Assembly (NCBI RefSeq): GCF_001194135.2
Contig: NC_068981.1
Span: 86,407,741-86,471,740, forward strand
Reading direction: 5' to 3'
From: Octopus bimaculoides
Taxonomy: Eukaryota
Length of the DNA: 64,000 nucleotides
Shown: positions 12,872 through 26,900 of the stretch, one piece after another
How positions within the stretch are numbered: position 1 is the first letter of the stretch
Layout: each line of letters opens with the position of its first letter
Position numbers and translations under genes: made by a program
The notes under the pieces: model-generated
What the model was told of the DNA's origin: nothing
Databases searched by the model: none
What the model saw: only the letters and a program-made list of their open reading frames with translations

Positions 12872-13862
12872 TATATTATCATCATCATTGTTTAACGTCC
12901 GCTTTCCATGCTAGCATGAGTTGGACGATTTGACTGAGGACTGGTGAAACCGGATGGCTACACCAGGCTCCAATCTGATTTGGCAGAGTTTCTACAGCTG
13001 GATGCCCTTCCTAACGCCAACCACTCCAGTTTTAAGTTCTATTCTTCCTACATTTGCCACTGTGTGAAACTTTCCTTCATGAATATTTTAGATGTATTTG
13101 AAACTGTTCTGAATAGAAGAGTTTATAATTAAGGAAGAGCTGGAAAAAATAAAAAGAACTAAGGGCTTGTAAAGTAATTCAGTATTATTTGATAAAGCTG
13201 AAACAGGACATAAAATGTAACCAATAAGAGAAAAGTTCAGATTTATGTACTTCCGTAGTTTATTTGTTTTTTTTTTCTCCTTATTGACATTTATACCCAG
13301 CTTCTTCAAGACATCACTTGATTCTGGTTGCATTCTTTACATCTTTTAAAAGAAATTTTGTTTTTATTTTTATTTATTTACTTATTGGTTTGGGTCTACT
13401 TACCACTAGGGATTTTTATTAAGCCTCAAATAATCAGTGAAAAAACAACCACTAAAATAAATTTTAAAAGCAATTTTATTGCTTGCTGCTTACTTAGTGA
13501 AAATACATTTTATATGTTTTGTTGTTTTTTTTCAAACTTTTTCAAACAAGACTTTGTTCTGTTATAAATAACGAGCTTATAACAATTATATCTAATATTG
13601 ATGATCTAATCCTGTACAGCTAAATTATGCAGCTTGTCTCATTTGTTGTCAATTTTTATTTATAGCCAATATTGTACATTATCATTCCTTTTATTAACAT
13701 CTCATTCTAAAGGAGAAAAAAAAAATAACTCAGTCCATATTCTTGTTAGCATGGAATAACAGTTGTGAAACAATAAAATTTGTATGTAAGTAGTAAAAAG
13801 GAAATATTTGTTATGCTTTAGAAAATATACTCAGATATATTTTACTGCTAAGGTACGTCTAA

Positions 13863-14079
13863 CCCTTTAGCATTCAGATTATTTTGTTAAATGTAATGCT
13901 TGTTTATTCACATTATTTTGAATGATCATGTTTTATCTTGTAGCTTCAAGATTTTGATGATATGATTGTATATTTTTAGAACAACATTGTAGCATAAGTG
14001 TGAGAGATAGAATCTGGCTGATTTGAATGTAAAACAAGGATAATATTTGGGCCAGATATGGTTGGTTTAAATGCTAATG
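13863..14079. mobile_element. piggyBac-like MITE (degenerate copy)
   Basis: Starts CCCTTTAGCATT and ends AATGCTAA(TG)-TTAA; homologous along its length to 61856-62058. Confidence 0.75.
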
Positions 14080-17000
14080 TTAAGAAACTTTTGGCATCAA
14101 CTTGACTTCAAGGTGATAAGTTGTGATGTGTTCTTCAGTCTATGCATTCACTTCTAAAGTATAGATGTCAGCATGACACTGTGGTTAATGAGTTCACTTT
14201 TGCCACATTGGGTTTTGGCTTGACACCATTGTACATCTTGGGCAAGACACTGCTATCTCAACCTTGGGTTAATCAAAGACTTGTGAGTGAGATTTGGTAG
14301 ACTGATCCTATGTGGAAGCATAATGGATGGATGAACTATTCCTCTCTTGGGGAACAGACTTAACCTGTCGCCCAGTTTAACACTGCCATCTGGTAGTTAT
14401 TGTGTGCATTTAGTTGTTTTCACTTTGTTACAAGCATTTGAGTTAGATCTCTAGTCTGTGGATAAACATTCTCCCTTCTAATCACCTGACCCAGAAGCCC
14501 TGGAAAGAGTCATGGATACCGCCTTTCTTTCTTTGACAAAGCAATAAAATGATTGAAAATAATAAATAATAAAAAAAAAAGAATAATATGAGATCACAAT
14601 TGTAATTGTTTTCATCTAATTAAATTTGTAATGCATTTATACATTTATATTCCGATAGAATTTCTTTGCTGTTTTCTGTTAACTAATTATTTTCCTTTCA
14701 ACTACACTTGTAACTCCCTCTCTCCCTTCTAATTAATCAATTTCATCACCACCCAGCTTTCCTTTTTTTCCCCTCACATGAGTGTACTATTATTATTCAG
14801 TTCTTAAAGGAAAACTTTGACTTGGCTGAAACTCTGGAAAGAATAGAGTCAGTTAAGTTTAAAGATAGACTGCAGAAGAAGAATTGAGAAAGCATAGTGT
14901 AGGGTAAAGTTTCTCCACTCGTTTATAACAATATAGATAATAAGTATGTTAATTATAAGTTTTGACATCTAAAGGTACATAATCTCTTGGATTTTGTCAA
15001 TTTATTCTAATTGAAGTTAACGGGTATTAGTTTTATCTGACTATTGAATCATTTTATATGTTCGAAATACAGTTTACAAACCCTTGATTTGATATGGTTG
15101 CAGTTTCCATCAAAAATATGGTGAAAAATATTCAGGTGTTACGTTGTGTTGTTTATGAAGCAGAGAACATTCCTTAGAATCTAATAATTTTTTTTTTTTT
15201 TTCTTGAACAAAAGCTGCTGCAAAGGTTGCAAAATTGATGTCATTATTTTTGACAAGTAAAGATTACTCTTGTCTTCTGTCATATATATGCTTTCTCTCT
15301 TTCATGCAGAGTTTACATCAAGACTCGTTCCAGGTATCAAAACAAACCACTATGTTCCCTATTTTCCTTTTCTTTTTTTAACCTTGTTTAATCATCTTTA
15401 TTTTGCCTTAGCATGTATATCTTTTAGTTCTCTGGTGTTGAAGTTACGCAGAGATATGCCGTTATCTTTATTTTCTTCCTTTGTCTATATATATCATTTA
15501 TTAAAGCAAAACTGAGCTTCAAAATTTACCCTTCCATGACTGTTTACTTTCTTTTGGCTTAATTACTGTTGTTAATATGCTAAATTAACTGTGAATAAAA
15601 AAAAACTCTGTATCCCTTTTGAGTGTTAGTGTGTATATATATTGCCATAGATGCTGTCAGTATTTGTTTAGGAATAGTTTTTGTTAAGGAATAAGTTGTA
15701 AGTACATACATCATACTTTCCTTTTGTTTTGATGCCTGCTTTACAGGTTGCTGTCATTATTCATGAGGTTTCAGAATACTTTGATTATTCAGAATGTATT
15801 TAGGATAATGATTTCTTATAAATGCCAAAGGCTAGGATATAGAGATGGAAAACAGTAATGTGGCATTCTTAAACATATTAAAAACATAATGATATTATCT
15901 CTAAAGGCATTAAAAACAATGATACTAAAACATAATAATGTTAGATGAGATTATAAACGACTAAGATTTTGAAGTAGATGATATTTGATATTATTGGTAT
16001 CAATTTGAGGTAGAAAAAAGGGCAACAGACATTATTGAAACCATATATCTCTCCTTTGTCAGGTGACTGTGTTACTAATTCATTTACTAAGTGGCTTCTA
16101 TTTCCTCTTCTTAAATTAAGCTTGTTAGAAATGTTATTTGCCCCTTCTATATTGTACAGTTAAATGGGAAGGAAAGGTTAAAAAAAAACATCTATAGTAA
16201 CTTACCTGAATAAAGAGAATAGATTATACATAGTTTGAATCTCCTCAGTTTTTGTCTCAAATTGCTGCTTAGAAGACCTAATATGAAAGGCAATTTATTC
16301 TCAGTAATTTTCAAAATTCAGATTTACAGCAGCAACCTGTGTTTCAGAGTGAAGGTATATAAAATGTCCAGCAGCAGATGTAATCTGCAACAAATAAATA
16401 TTTATTTGTTTTTGTTTTTATTGAAGGGTAAATTACATTCCAATCAGTAAAACAGCTATGTGTTGACAAAAGTGTTAAGTGTTTTTCAAGTACATTTAAA
16501 GTGTGTGTTTGTGTTATTTTAAATTTAAAAAGTCTAGTAATCTTTATAATATGTTTGAAAAATGAGAAGTGCAAAACTTCAAAGTTACTGACACCTTTTT
16601 AAAAACTAAATTTTTGTATCTGCCTCACACACTGAGTTACTTATTCAGTTAATGTCTTTTGTTTTTATATATAACTAAAGCTATGTATATATATATTCTG
16701 CAGAAGCCCACATTGTTACATAGGCTATTGTAGAATAATATATATGTAACAACTACAGTTTATGCAATAACACTGGCTGTGTAACACAATCAAAGACAAT
16801 TTATATGCACAATATTTATATTATATTTACGATAATTGGCTTGTAAATGTGTTTAAGATAAATATGATATTACTGATATATATTTTTTTAGAATTTATGG
16901 TGCAGTAGGTTAGCTACTGCACTTTGTGCACTGTGAGTTCAGCCATGAGCACTTTTTCTCTGATTTTAAAATAATGTTCTATTAAAACTTTAACAATGCC

Positions 17001-20000
17001 TTTTATAGCAGAATAATATTATCGACAGATAGTCTTAGATTTCATTCCATAGCTTATACTGTTTACTTTTGATACATAAAAATAATAGATAACCTTCTTA
17101 AGTTAAAAAAAGTGACAAGTGTTTGACAAAAAATATGGGTTTTAGAGTTTTTCTCTCTCAAGACTGCATCTGCAGTACTCCCATGTCGACTTTGTACCAT
17201 TTCAAGAATTAAAAAAAAAGGCACAGTTTCATGGTTCTCTATAAACTTCCAATGATCTAATTGTCAATATAACTACAATTTTTGCTGGTATTTCTTGGGT
17301 GTATGCAATAGTTCATGTTTATCTCCATTGCCTCATCAGTTGTCCAGTATTCTTTAGTTCTTCATTTACCTCAATCTCGTATGAATTGTAAATTAAGAAT
17401 AATATGGAATAGAACTTGAGCAGTTTACATAAATATTATTAGTCACATAAAAAAAAAAGTTAATTATTTCATTGAGTAACTTATCAACAAAAATTCCATC
17501 GTTGTCTCAGTATTGGCCTACTTGCTATTCTAGTGGTTAAGAGGAAATCAGTTTCATAGTAGCAGCTTTATCTTGAGTTTTTTTCAATTTTTTTAATATA
17601 TATTCAGTTCCATGTTTGTGTCTGTGTGTGTCTGTGAGCAATATGATCGCTAGTTTTATTTTTTAGTTTTCATTTCTCTGGTCCAAGGGAAGAAGGGTAT
17701 TTGATGTGATTGACTTCGTGTATACACTGGACCTGGAAGAAAGCATTCATATGAATAATTTATCAGTCCAATGTAGATTTTTATAAAAGATATTCTCATG
17801 CTGAAATATAAAACATGGTTTTACCGAGCAAAGAGTATTGTTTGAGTAGTCAAATCCTTTCTGTATTTTAATAGAGTTGGAGTGTTTCTAAATTTTTCAT
17901 TTTATACGGCATTAAAATCTATTTATAGAGCTGTATTTCATGTATTGCAATTTGTAAATTCTGATGCTTTTCCATTTAGAATATACATGCTACTATTCAC
18001 TTTAGTATTATTTGGAGATGGCATAGATTGTAGCGAGCTTGACAAAGATGCTTTACAGTGTCAGCTTACATATTTCACTGCTCTGATTTTAAATCTCACT
18101 GTTGTTGACTTTGGTTTTTGTGTCTCAAAGGAATTGATTAAATATGTACTTTAATAAAAATTAAAAAAATAGCCTCTTGCCTTGTTAAAGTAAATATCAT
18201 TGTTTGTGTAATATGTACTTCAATGTAGAAAAATATGGTTTCTTGCTTTGTTAGAGTAAATACTGTTTGTACAATAAGAAAAATGAGATGGAATCCTCTT
18301 TTTTTGTGTCTTGGGAGAGTCATTACAGCAATAAGAATAACAACATATGCACAGGTTCAATTCCACTTCTTTGTTGTTAATTAGTTAAATGTCTAACCAA
18401 CTAACTAATTGATAATTTGTTTAATATGCTGGTTAAACAATCAGTTGGTTGTTTCTTAGTTAAAAGTCCTTTCATTACTGTTCATGACTTTTCAGTGACT
18501 CAGTTAAATTATTATTGGTGTAATGATTCTCCCAAGACACAACTAAATTTGTTTCAACACACAAATTTACATCAAGAATCTTGCAAACCAAATACGAAAA
18601 TGATTATAGAGCCTACTTAAATGTATTATTGTGTTTATTTTCGTGGTTTATATTCCAAGTTCCATCAGAAATTTTACATTGTTCCACTTTAATAAAATGT
18701 CATACCAATAACATCTTTGCAATAATTTGGAATGTTTTATTTAAATCTTGTTGACATTTTTAAGATTTAAACTTCAGTAGGCTGAATACTGTAAAGCGTT
18801 CTTCCCCATTATTTTCTTGTTATATCTGGCTGTTACTCAATTTCCTTTTCAAATTCTTTCTACTCATTCCTACAATAGTAAAAGCATTATATCTAGGCAT
18901 GTTTATTTACTTTTCATCTAATCATTTCTAACTAGCTACTTTATTCATGGAAAATTTCTTCAGTTTTCATATTTTCTCATTACAATATTTATATTATTGA
19001 AAAATTTGAATGTTTCATTCAATAACAGTAATAGTGCAATCTTTCCATTGAGGATACTCATTCTTTAGAGTAATTTTATTATTTGTATTTTTCATTATCC
19101 CATAGAGCATTTAAACAATGTTGCATAAAACATAGTCATTTAAGTATGCTCGTTCAAAACCTATGAATAGAGTCAATTTCTTTAACTTTCATTTTAATGT
19201 AAGTTTACAAGTGGGAGTTTGTCTTGTTCTATTTCATACACTAGTTTTCTTACAATTTTAAGAATGTCATTTAAGTATTTATTTTAGAAGATTATGAAGA
19301 AAATCTCATGCAAATATATCAAAGAAAAGATACACAAAATAATATTGGTTGATTATGGCATGTTCATGAATTCCTTTACATTTCAAGTAATTAAATCTAC
19401 CAATTTAAATTCTTTCTCAATGATGATCTAGAGCCAAACATTTTCTTTGGAGTTACTTTAAATGTCATTAGATTATAGCTAAATAGAAATCACAGTATTA
19501 AATATTAGGCTATCATTGCTAAAATCGATTAAGTTTGGATCTCATTTCACTGTCCTTGCTATTGTCTTGAAATGAACTTTTCATGCATTGTTTATATGGA
19601 ATATTTTCTAGTTCTATTACTTAATGATTTATAAGAAAAGATTTTCACGAACTCCTATAATTTGTTGCCTTTTTAAAAATATATATATAAATAAACTTAA
19701 TGGATAATTAGAAAATCTAAGTTGTTATAAGCACTGATACCTTGGATTAGCTTCCAGTTATATTTAAATTTCATGTTATCATGAAATGTTAAAATCTAAC
19801 TAATGAGGTAAATACTAGATTTCATTTCATCAGGTTAAAATTTTATCTCTTTATATCTAAACAGCCTACAAATTTGTTAAAAAAAATTATTTTTTTAATC
19901 TGTTGAAATTGTTGCTCCCTGTGGCTTAATCCAACACCTGTTTAATATTATTTTGTGGCAAACTTTCCCCTTAAAATGTCTCTGCATAAGTTCAAAACCA

Positions 20001-23000
20001 TATTTCCTTTCTGCCTCTCACTTTCTTTTCCTTTATGCTATTATAATTGCTATTGTTGTTGTTACTGTTGTTGTGAATGTTCATTATTGTTTTGTTTTTT
20101 TTTTCCAGTTTGTCTTAAAAATGCCTTTAATTCAGTTACTGATCTAGCCCCAAGTTGAGATCTGCCTAAGTTCACTGACATTGATTGCCTAACATTAATG
20201 GTAGTTCTATTTGCTAATTATACTTCATCAAACAGAATTGCTTGATATTCTGTTCTTATCTAATAATAAATCTAATCATGGCATAGTTTCTTATTATGTA
20301 AACTAACACTGATTACTAGAAAAAACAATCAATATAGTTTAATATTTATAGCCTCTCCTGTAATAAACTGAATGTTGAAGTTCTGGCTTTTTTTTTTTAC
20401 ATAACCATATTAATACAGTATAACCCAGATTAATCTAATATGAATTATGCATTACAGAATCTATTTCAATAGTTTCCTTTTCATTTTGGTACATTCTTTT
20501 GAAACCTCTTGTCATTAGTCCCTAGACTGACTGTTGTTAATGTTTAGATCTCTTTTAACAACAATACTCCTTTTTGCTAATTTGTACGTGTCTTTTTAGT
20601 ATAATTTTACTTTTTACATACTCATTTGAGTTGGATGTATAGTTTCAAAGTTTTATGCTATCGTTTTCCTAATGGCATGTTTAGTGCCAACCAGCAAGAA
20701 AATATCTACAAATTGTTACAAAAAGATAAGGTGTCTTATTGCCATAGAACATGGTTGGAAGACAAGAAGTTTAGATTTTAGAGTCCCTATGCTTGAGCCA
20801 AATCATTCTCTCTGTAATCAGCATTATGTTCTTCAAAATGTTAAATTGTGACTATTATTTTAATGCAAGTTTGTAAATAACAATGGAACATTTAGTAATG
20901 GGAGAACTGACCACTGAGAGCAGAGTGAAATTTATTGTAAGATTCATATTAACTGGGGCTTCTAAATTGTACCTGACAGTTCATAAAAATATTTATTTTC
21001 AAAATATTATTTATTAAATTCGCATTATTCATGCTGTCTTTTATAATTAAAATAATCAACCAAAGAAGTGCTTTTCCTTTTTTAATCTTTGTGTTTTATA
21101 GAATTATAACATCTTTTCATTAACATTTCTAATTATAGTAGCACTTACTATTTAGGGTGTTTTATTAAGTTATATACTTTCAACAGTGGTTTAGTTTTGT
21201 AAACATTGCATATTCTAAAATTATGCTGCAAACTTTGAAAACTTCCTCGTAATGTTATATGTATTAACTATTGACAAATTTTGAGTTTGTTTCTATCTTG
21301 GCAGTAATATTATTCTGTTGCCTAAATTGAGCTGTCTTCTTTTGCTATTTTTTTCTTCTAATTTTTATTTCTATCTTTAAATGTAGTAATTGGAAAGAGG
21401 TGACATTTGAATGTAAAAAATATTATGTGTGAACTACAAATTGTATAAAGTAACTCCCACTTCTCCCCCAAATACTATTTGAAGTATATTTATCATTCTT
21501 TTGTAGAACAGTAAAAAAATATTCATTTTACTCTGCCTTTGTGATTCACAAGAATGAAGTTTCATATTAGATTAGGTTTATTACTTGTCATCTTATGCCA
21601 GATGAAATGATAAAATAATCTCAAAGGACTGCATATCGGCAACTTGGAAATGACCTATGATTAAAATACTTCCATCATGACTTATTTCTATGCTGCTATA
21701 TTCTTTAACTGCTCATTTCATATGAAAAATGAAACATTTAAAATCTCCTTTTATTTCTCACAGCTAGATGTTGTGTATATTTATCATATTTTAAAACTTA
21801 TGTACTTTGTTACAGTTTTAGTGAGGTTAATGACTCTTTTAGCATGGAACTGTTGCAAACATTGGGTCATAAAGTTTATAACTGTTTCTTTCATATGACT
21901 GAGTTATAAATTATGTATAAATCACATTGTCTTCAAGGAAATTTGGACACTTTGTCTTCAGCTATATTTTCTATTGCTAAGCACTTTATCTTCAAGAGCT
22001 GATAAAGTGACTTTTGGAATTTACCAGAGTATTTTTCTGGAAGGAATCTTGATGAAAGATGCAACTAATTTGCATCTTAGTCTTGAAACTAACTCCTACA
22101 GGACTACTATCATTTCATTTTAATTTGCTAGTTGGTATTACTTCAAAGCCAGACACTAAAATAGTATTTTATTTTTTGGCAAGTGACACAATTTAACTTT
22201 AGTGAACTCGAATGTTTTTCATCTATGGTTGAGTTATGTTCCAACTATATGCATGGGTGTGTTGCTATAGACATATATAAAACCTGAAAATAAAGTGACA
22301 TGTTAGAACTGAGAACCAGCTGGACACTTGATGTTTATTTTGCATATCTGCACACTCTGTTTTAAGAAAATGTTTTCAACCTTATTTCAGAGTTGTGATT
22401 ATTTGGCAGGTTAGTTGATTTGAGGTTGCGTGATGAAACTAAAACACATTATGGAACAGCCACTTGAGTAGTAGACTTAATCTATTACCTGGTTTAACGC
22501 CACCATCTTGAGTGCTTTAGCAGAAGTCCACTCTGTTGCAAACATTTTGGGCTAGGTCTCCCACCAATATCAAAAGCCCTGTAAAGGACCATGGGCACTG
22601 CTTTGGATGCTACTAAAATAGAAAAAAACAAAAAAACAAATGCCATTATCACCACTTTTATTTTGTGATAATACTATAAAATCAAAAGTGTTATACATTT
22701 ATGACCTTGTCATTAATATAGTTACACTGTATCTATTGACTTTTAATATATGCAGTGCAATTGTGCTAGTGATCAGGCCCTAGATGTATGCATACATTGG
22801 AATTTTTTGATGCAATAAAACAAAAGTAATAACAATGGCATGCATGTCTTTGAAATGGCTATCATGACTTCTCTACTATATGCTTTCAACATTAAACTTG
22901 GTTACAAATAAAAATAGATTTCATTGCTTGGTTTAGCATTTCTCAAAGTGGGCTCTATGAAAAAAATTCTGGGTTTTGCTAGACAAGGTGTCTAAATGAA

Positions 23001-23784
23001 ATGCAATAAAAAATGATTTTATAAAATCTGTGTTCACCATTTTTAAAAGCAAGTTGTGTTTGTGTGCATGCATGTGTGTGTGTGTGTTTGTTTTCTTTTT
23101 AATAAATTTTTTTCTCTAAAACAACTTTTTTTGCTTCATTTAATACCTTTAAAATTAGGGTAGCAAGATTCTTTTATTTTTTACCGATTTCAATCATTAC
23201 ACTATGGCCATACTGGAGTACTACCTTGAAGGATTTTAGTCAAACAAATCGATTCCAATGCTTATTTTTATTTTTAAGCCTAATATTTATTCTATCAGTC
23301 TCTTGCTGAACTACTAAGTTATGAGATTATAACTACACCAGTTGCCAGTTGGACAAACACAGAGACAAAGACACACACATAGATATATAGATATATATGA
23401 CATACTCCTTTCAGTTTCTGTCTACCAAATCCACTCACAAAGCTTTGGTCGGCTTGAAGCTATAGTATAAGACACTTGCCCAAGGTGCCATGCAGTGAGA
23501 CTGAACTTAAAACCATGTGGCTGGGAAGCAAACTTCTTAACACACAGCCCAATTTTCATAAGATCATATAAGTATTTCATCATAGTATAAGTTTAAGAAC
23601 AACCGACTGACTCAATACTTTTGCTGATAAACTGAAAGAAAATAAACAAAATAGAAAGAAAACACATTAAAATCTGACTTGATGAAGAAGTCACCAGCTG
23701 TATATTGTTTTGTTGTTTTCTGTGTCCATTTACATATTTTAAAACAATAACTGAATCAAAAAAAAAAAAATGACCACATAATTC

Positions 23785-23975
23785 TTTCTGATATAGGCAC
23801 AAGGCTAGAAATTTGTGGGGAGGTGTCTAGTCAATTATGTTGGCCCCAGTGCTTGACTGGTACTTATTTTATTGGCCCCAAAAGACGAATGACAAAGTTG
23901 ACCTTGGCAGAATTTGAACTCAGCATGTAAAACTAAAAGAAATGTCACTAAGCCTTTTGTCTGAATTGCTGACTA
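23785..23975 (-). mobile_element. SINE 3' portion, third family (ttcaaattc.gcc.aggtc.ac...ataagtaccag); copies at about 39760, 59260, 60660
   Basis: The motif recurs in both orientations. Confidence 0.7.
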
Positions 23976-26900
23976 CTGCCCTTTTTGGTCATGTAATAAT
24001 ACTGTTGCTAAAACTTTAGTTTAAGTTTCTTCAAAGCCATGAGTCTTTCTACAGGAAGAGTATTAAACAAATAAAGCATAATTTGGAGACATAACATTTA
24101 AGTTGATTCGATGAACATATTTAAGTAAATTCAAAATAGACACCTTAAATTCCTCTTTTCATCTAGAGTAAGTTGTTGTGATGGAATGGTTACTTACTCA
24201 ATTGAAACAATTGAATTTATATATATATGCTCCATCTTCCATTGGAAATAAAAAGTTTTTTCTACATTATTTCTTCATATACAAGCACTAAATCAATATC
24301 TATTGATATTCATGGAATCTCAGCTGATTACCATTCCATTTCTTTATTCCATTCTTTGTGTGTCTGTGTGCATGCATACATATGGGATTGAACTTGTGGT
24401 TGGGATGCTCAGCTCGCAATCATAAAGGTGTGTGTGTGTGTGTGTGTGTTTGTTTTTATGTTTAGTTATAATAAAGACAATTTTACATTAATCTGATGGG
24501 TTACTCTATTGTTTTATTGACTACAAATTTATCTTTTTATATAAGAATATTGTTGACAGTAACTTCAAAGTTACAGCCAGCTAAGCCATCATCTGATGAT
24601 GGCTTATCTGGCCAAAACTTTGAAGTCACTGTCAGCAACATTTTGTTTAGGAATTATATATATCTACACACACACACACACACTTCTCTACATTTGTAAA
24701 TGAGTACCAGTGCTGCAGCCCTTTTTTTCTTCTGCTGCCATATTATCAATGCTCACTTGGGTCAAAGAGTTGGTCAGCTGAGAGGTGTCTGTTTGCACTT
24801 GGCTATGGTTGCACCTAAAACAGTTAATGAAAGTATAAAAGATGTCAACCAAGCTTTACCCACTTGTAACAGCAACAAGCTCACAGAAGACATTTGCCCA
24901 AGGGGTCACAGAGTGGGACTGAACTCAAAACCTTGTGGTTGGGAAGCATACTTCTCAGCTACACGTGTGTGCGTTCATGTTTTGTTATCTTGAGATTGTG
25001 CTCTGGATGCAAATGAATGTCACCATCATACAAGCAGTGTTGTTAGTTTTCAATCATCTGTGAAATGTTCAGCCATTGTACTAGATGCAAAAAGTGCATC
25101 TCCTGCCATTAGAAGATCTACTTCACTGAATTTCATCTAACCCATACAAGCTTGAAAAAGTAGACATTAAAGCAATGATGGCAATATGTACCTACGTGCA
25201 TGTGCATTTGAATTTAAAAGGAAAACACAAAATTACTCAATATATGGTGTATAGTCTATATTCTTTTAATTTGAAGTAGAAACTTTAATCTGTTCTTACT
25301 TAAAGCTCCAATGTTTCATGAAAGTACAGTTGTTGCTAAATATTTTATGCTGTTTAATAAGCAAAAACATAAAACTTTAAGTAATGATTGATTGAATTGT
25401 TGACTTCAAATTAAATGTGTTTTGTACATGCATATATGTATTGTGTGTGTATGTAAAATCTTCATATAATCTCAATAATTATTCTTTTTTTTTTAATTTG
25501 CTTATTACATATTGTTTCTTAAACTCTTATGCTGCTTTATTTCCACTTTTATTTTCATCAATATCTTTTAGGTTTCTGCTTTGTATAAATCCCATTAAAT
25601 ATTTGTTTGCTTTACTATGCTTTTTTCTTTTCTTTTCTAGAACTTATAATTTCAGTGATTCTTCTCAATTATTGAACTGTTTCTCTTTCAGCATTTTCAT
25701 AGCCTCGTAGAAATATTTGATTCAAGTACAATTTCATTTTTTGTTGTTTTTTTAAATAAGTCCATGCATTTCAAAAAAATAACTGTATTATTAGTTCAGT
25801 ATCTAAATTTGATATATTTAAATATTGAGAAATTATCGTTTTTATATTTCAACATAATTGTTGAAACAGAAACAAAAGATGTTTGTATATATATATATAT
25901 ATATATATAGTTTAAATTGGTTTTCATAAATGGTCTCAATTTTAATATTTATATTCACTTAGATTTTTTTTTTTTTTTCATTTATTTATATTTTCTAAAT
26001 TTTTATATATATATAAATTTTAAATAGACTTTAATATTTCAGCTCTCACAACTATGTACCTATTCAGCACACCAGACACTGTTTCTGACTATATCCATCA
26101 CGTTTTATGATCTATTTTGCTGTGTTGGAATGTATCTCCAGTGGTGTCAATACACCACTGAAGACTAAACAGTAAAATGTATTTCATAGGACCAGCCATT
26201 TAAGTAGTCTAGTTTTTATAAATAATAGCTTTCACATAGATGTTAGACAGAAAAGTAACTTTGCAGAATTCTCACTTTCTTAGCACCTGTATCTTAGAAA
26301 TTATTCATGTTTCTATGAATATTTATTGCCTGACCTCAATTTTAATTATATTTTATCCTGCATTTCTCTGTAATTACTGCATTGATCTATATATTCTTCT
26401 ATCAGTGACACATACAACACTAGTTTACTGTTAGTTTACATTTGTATTAAGAGTATTTTAAATTGACATTGAAGTAAAATCATTTTTATCACAATTAGCA
26501 AAAAGTAGCTTTAAATTTCTTCTTTCTTTTTTTTTTTAAAGCAAAGTCAAATATCCATTTAGATACATGGCATGAGCATTGATATACAATTGAGAAGTTT
26601 GCTTTGCAATCAAAAATACCTTGTGGTATTTAGGTATTATATTGCTTTCATGCTATGACTAGACTTAGCTATTTGATAAACCAAGGGAAATTAAAATAAG
26701 AACCAGAGACTAAGCACTGATAGCCAATATAACTGATGAAAATTTTTGAAGAAGCTCTAGCATGGCCTCATTCCAGAAACTGAACACACAGAAAGAATAA
26801 AAGAATATATGCATGTAATATAAGAAGGAAAATTGTTTAAAGTTAGGCTTCTCATAAACTTGTTAAAAATATTTATCCTTGAAAAATATAATTTTTTTTA

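Noticed and set aside
17882-18154. 90-aa intronic ORF and many other 60-100 aa hydrophobic ORFs
   Set aside because: No recognisable homology, no consistent splice or start context, and composition typical of AT-rich noise.
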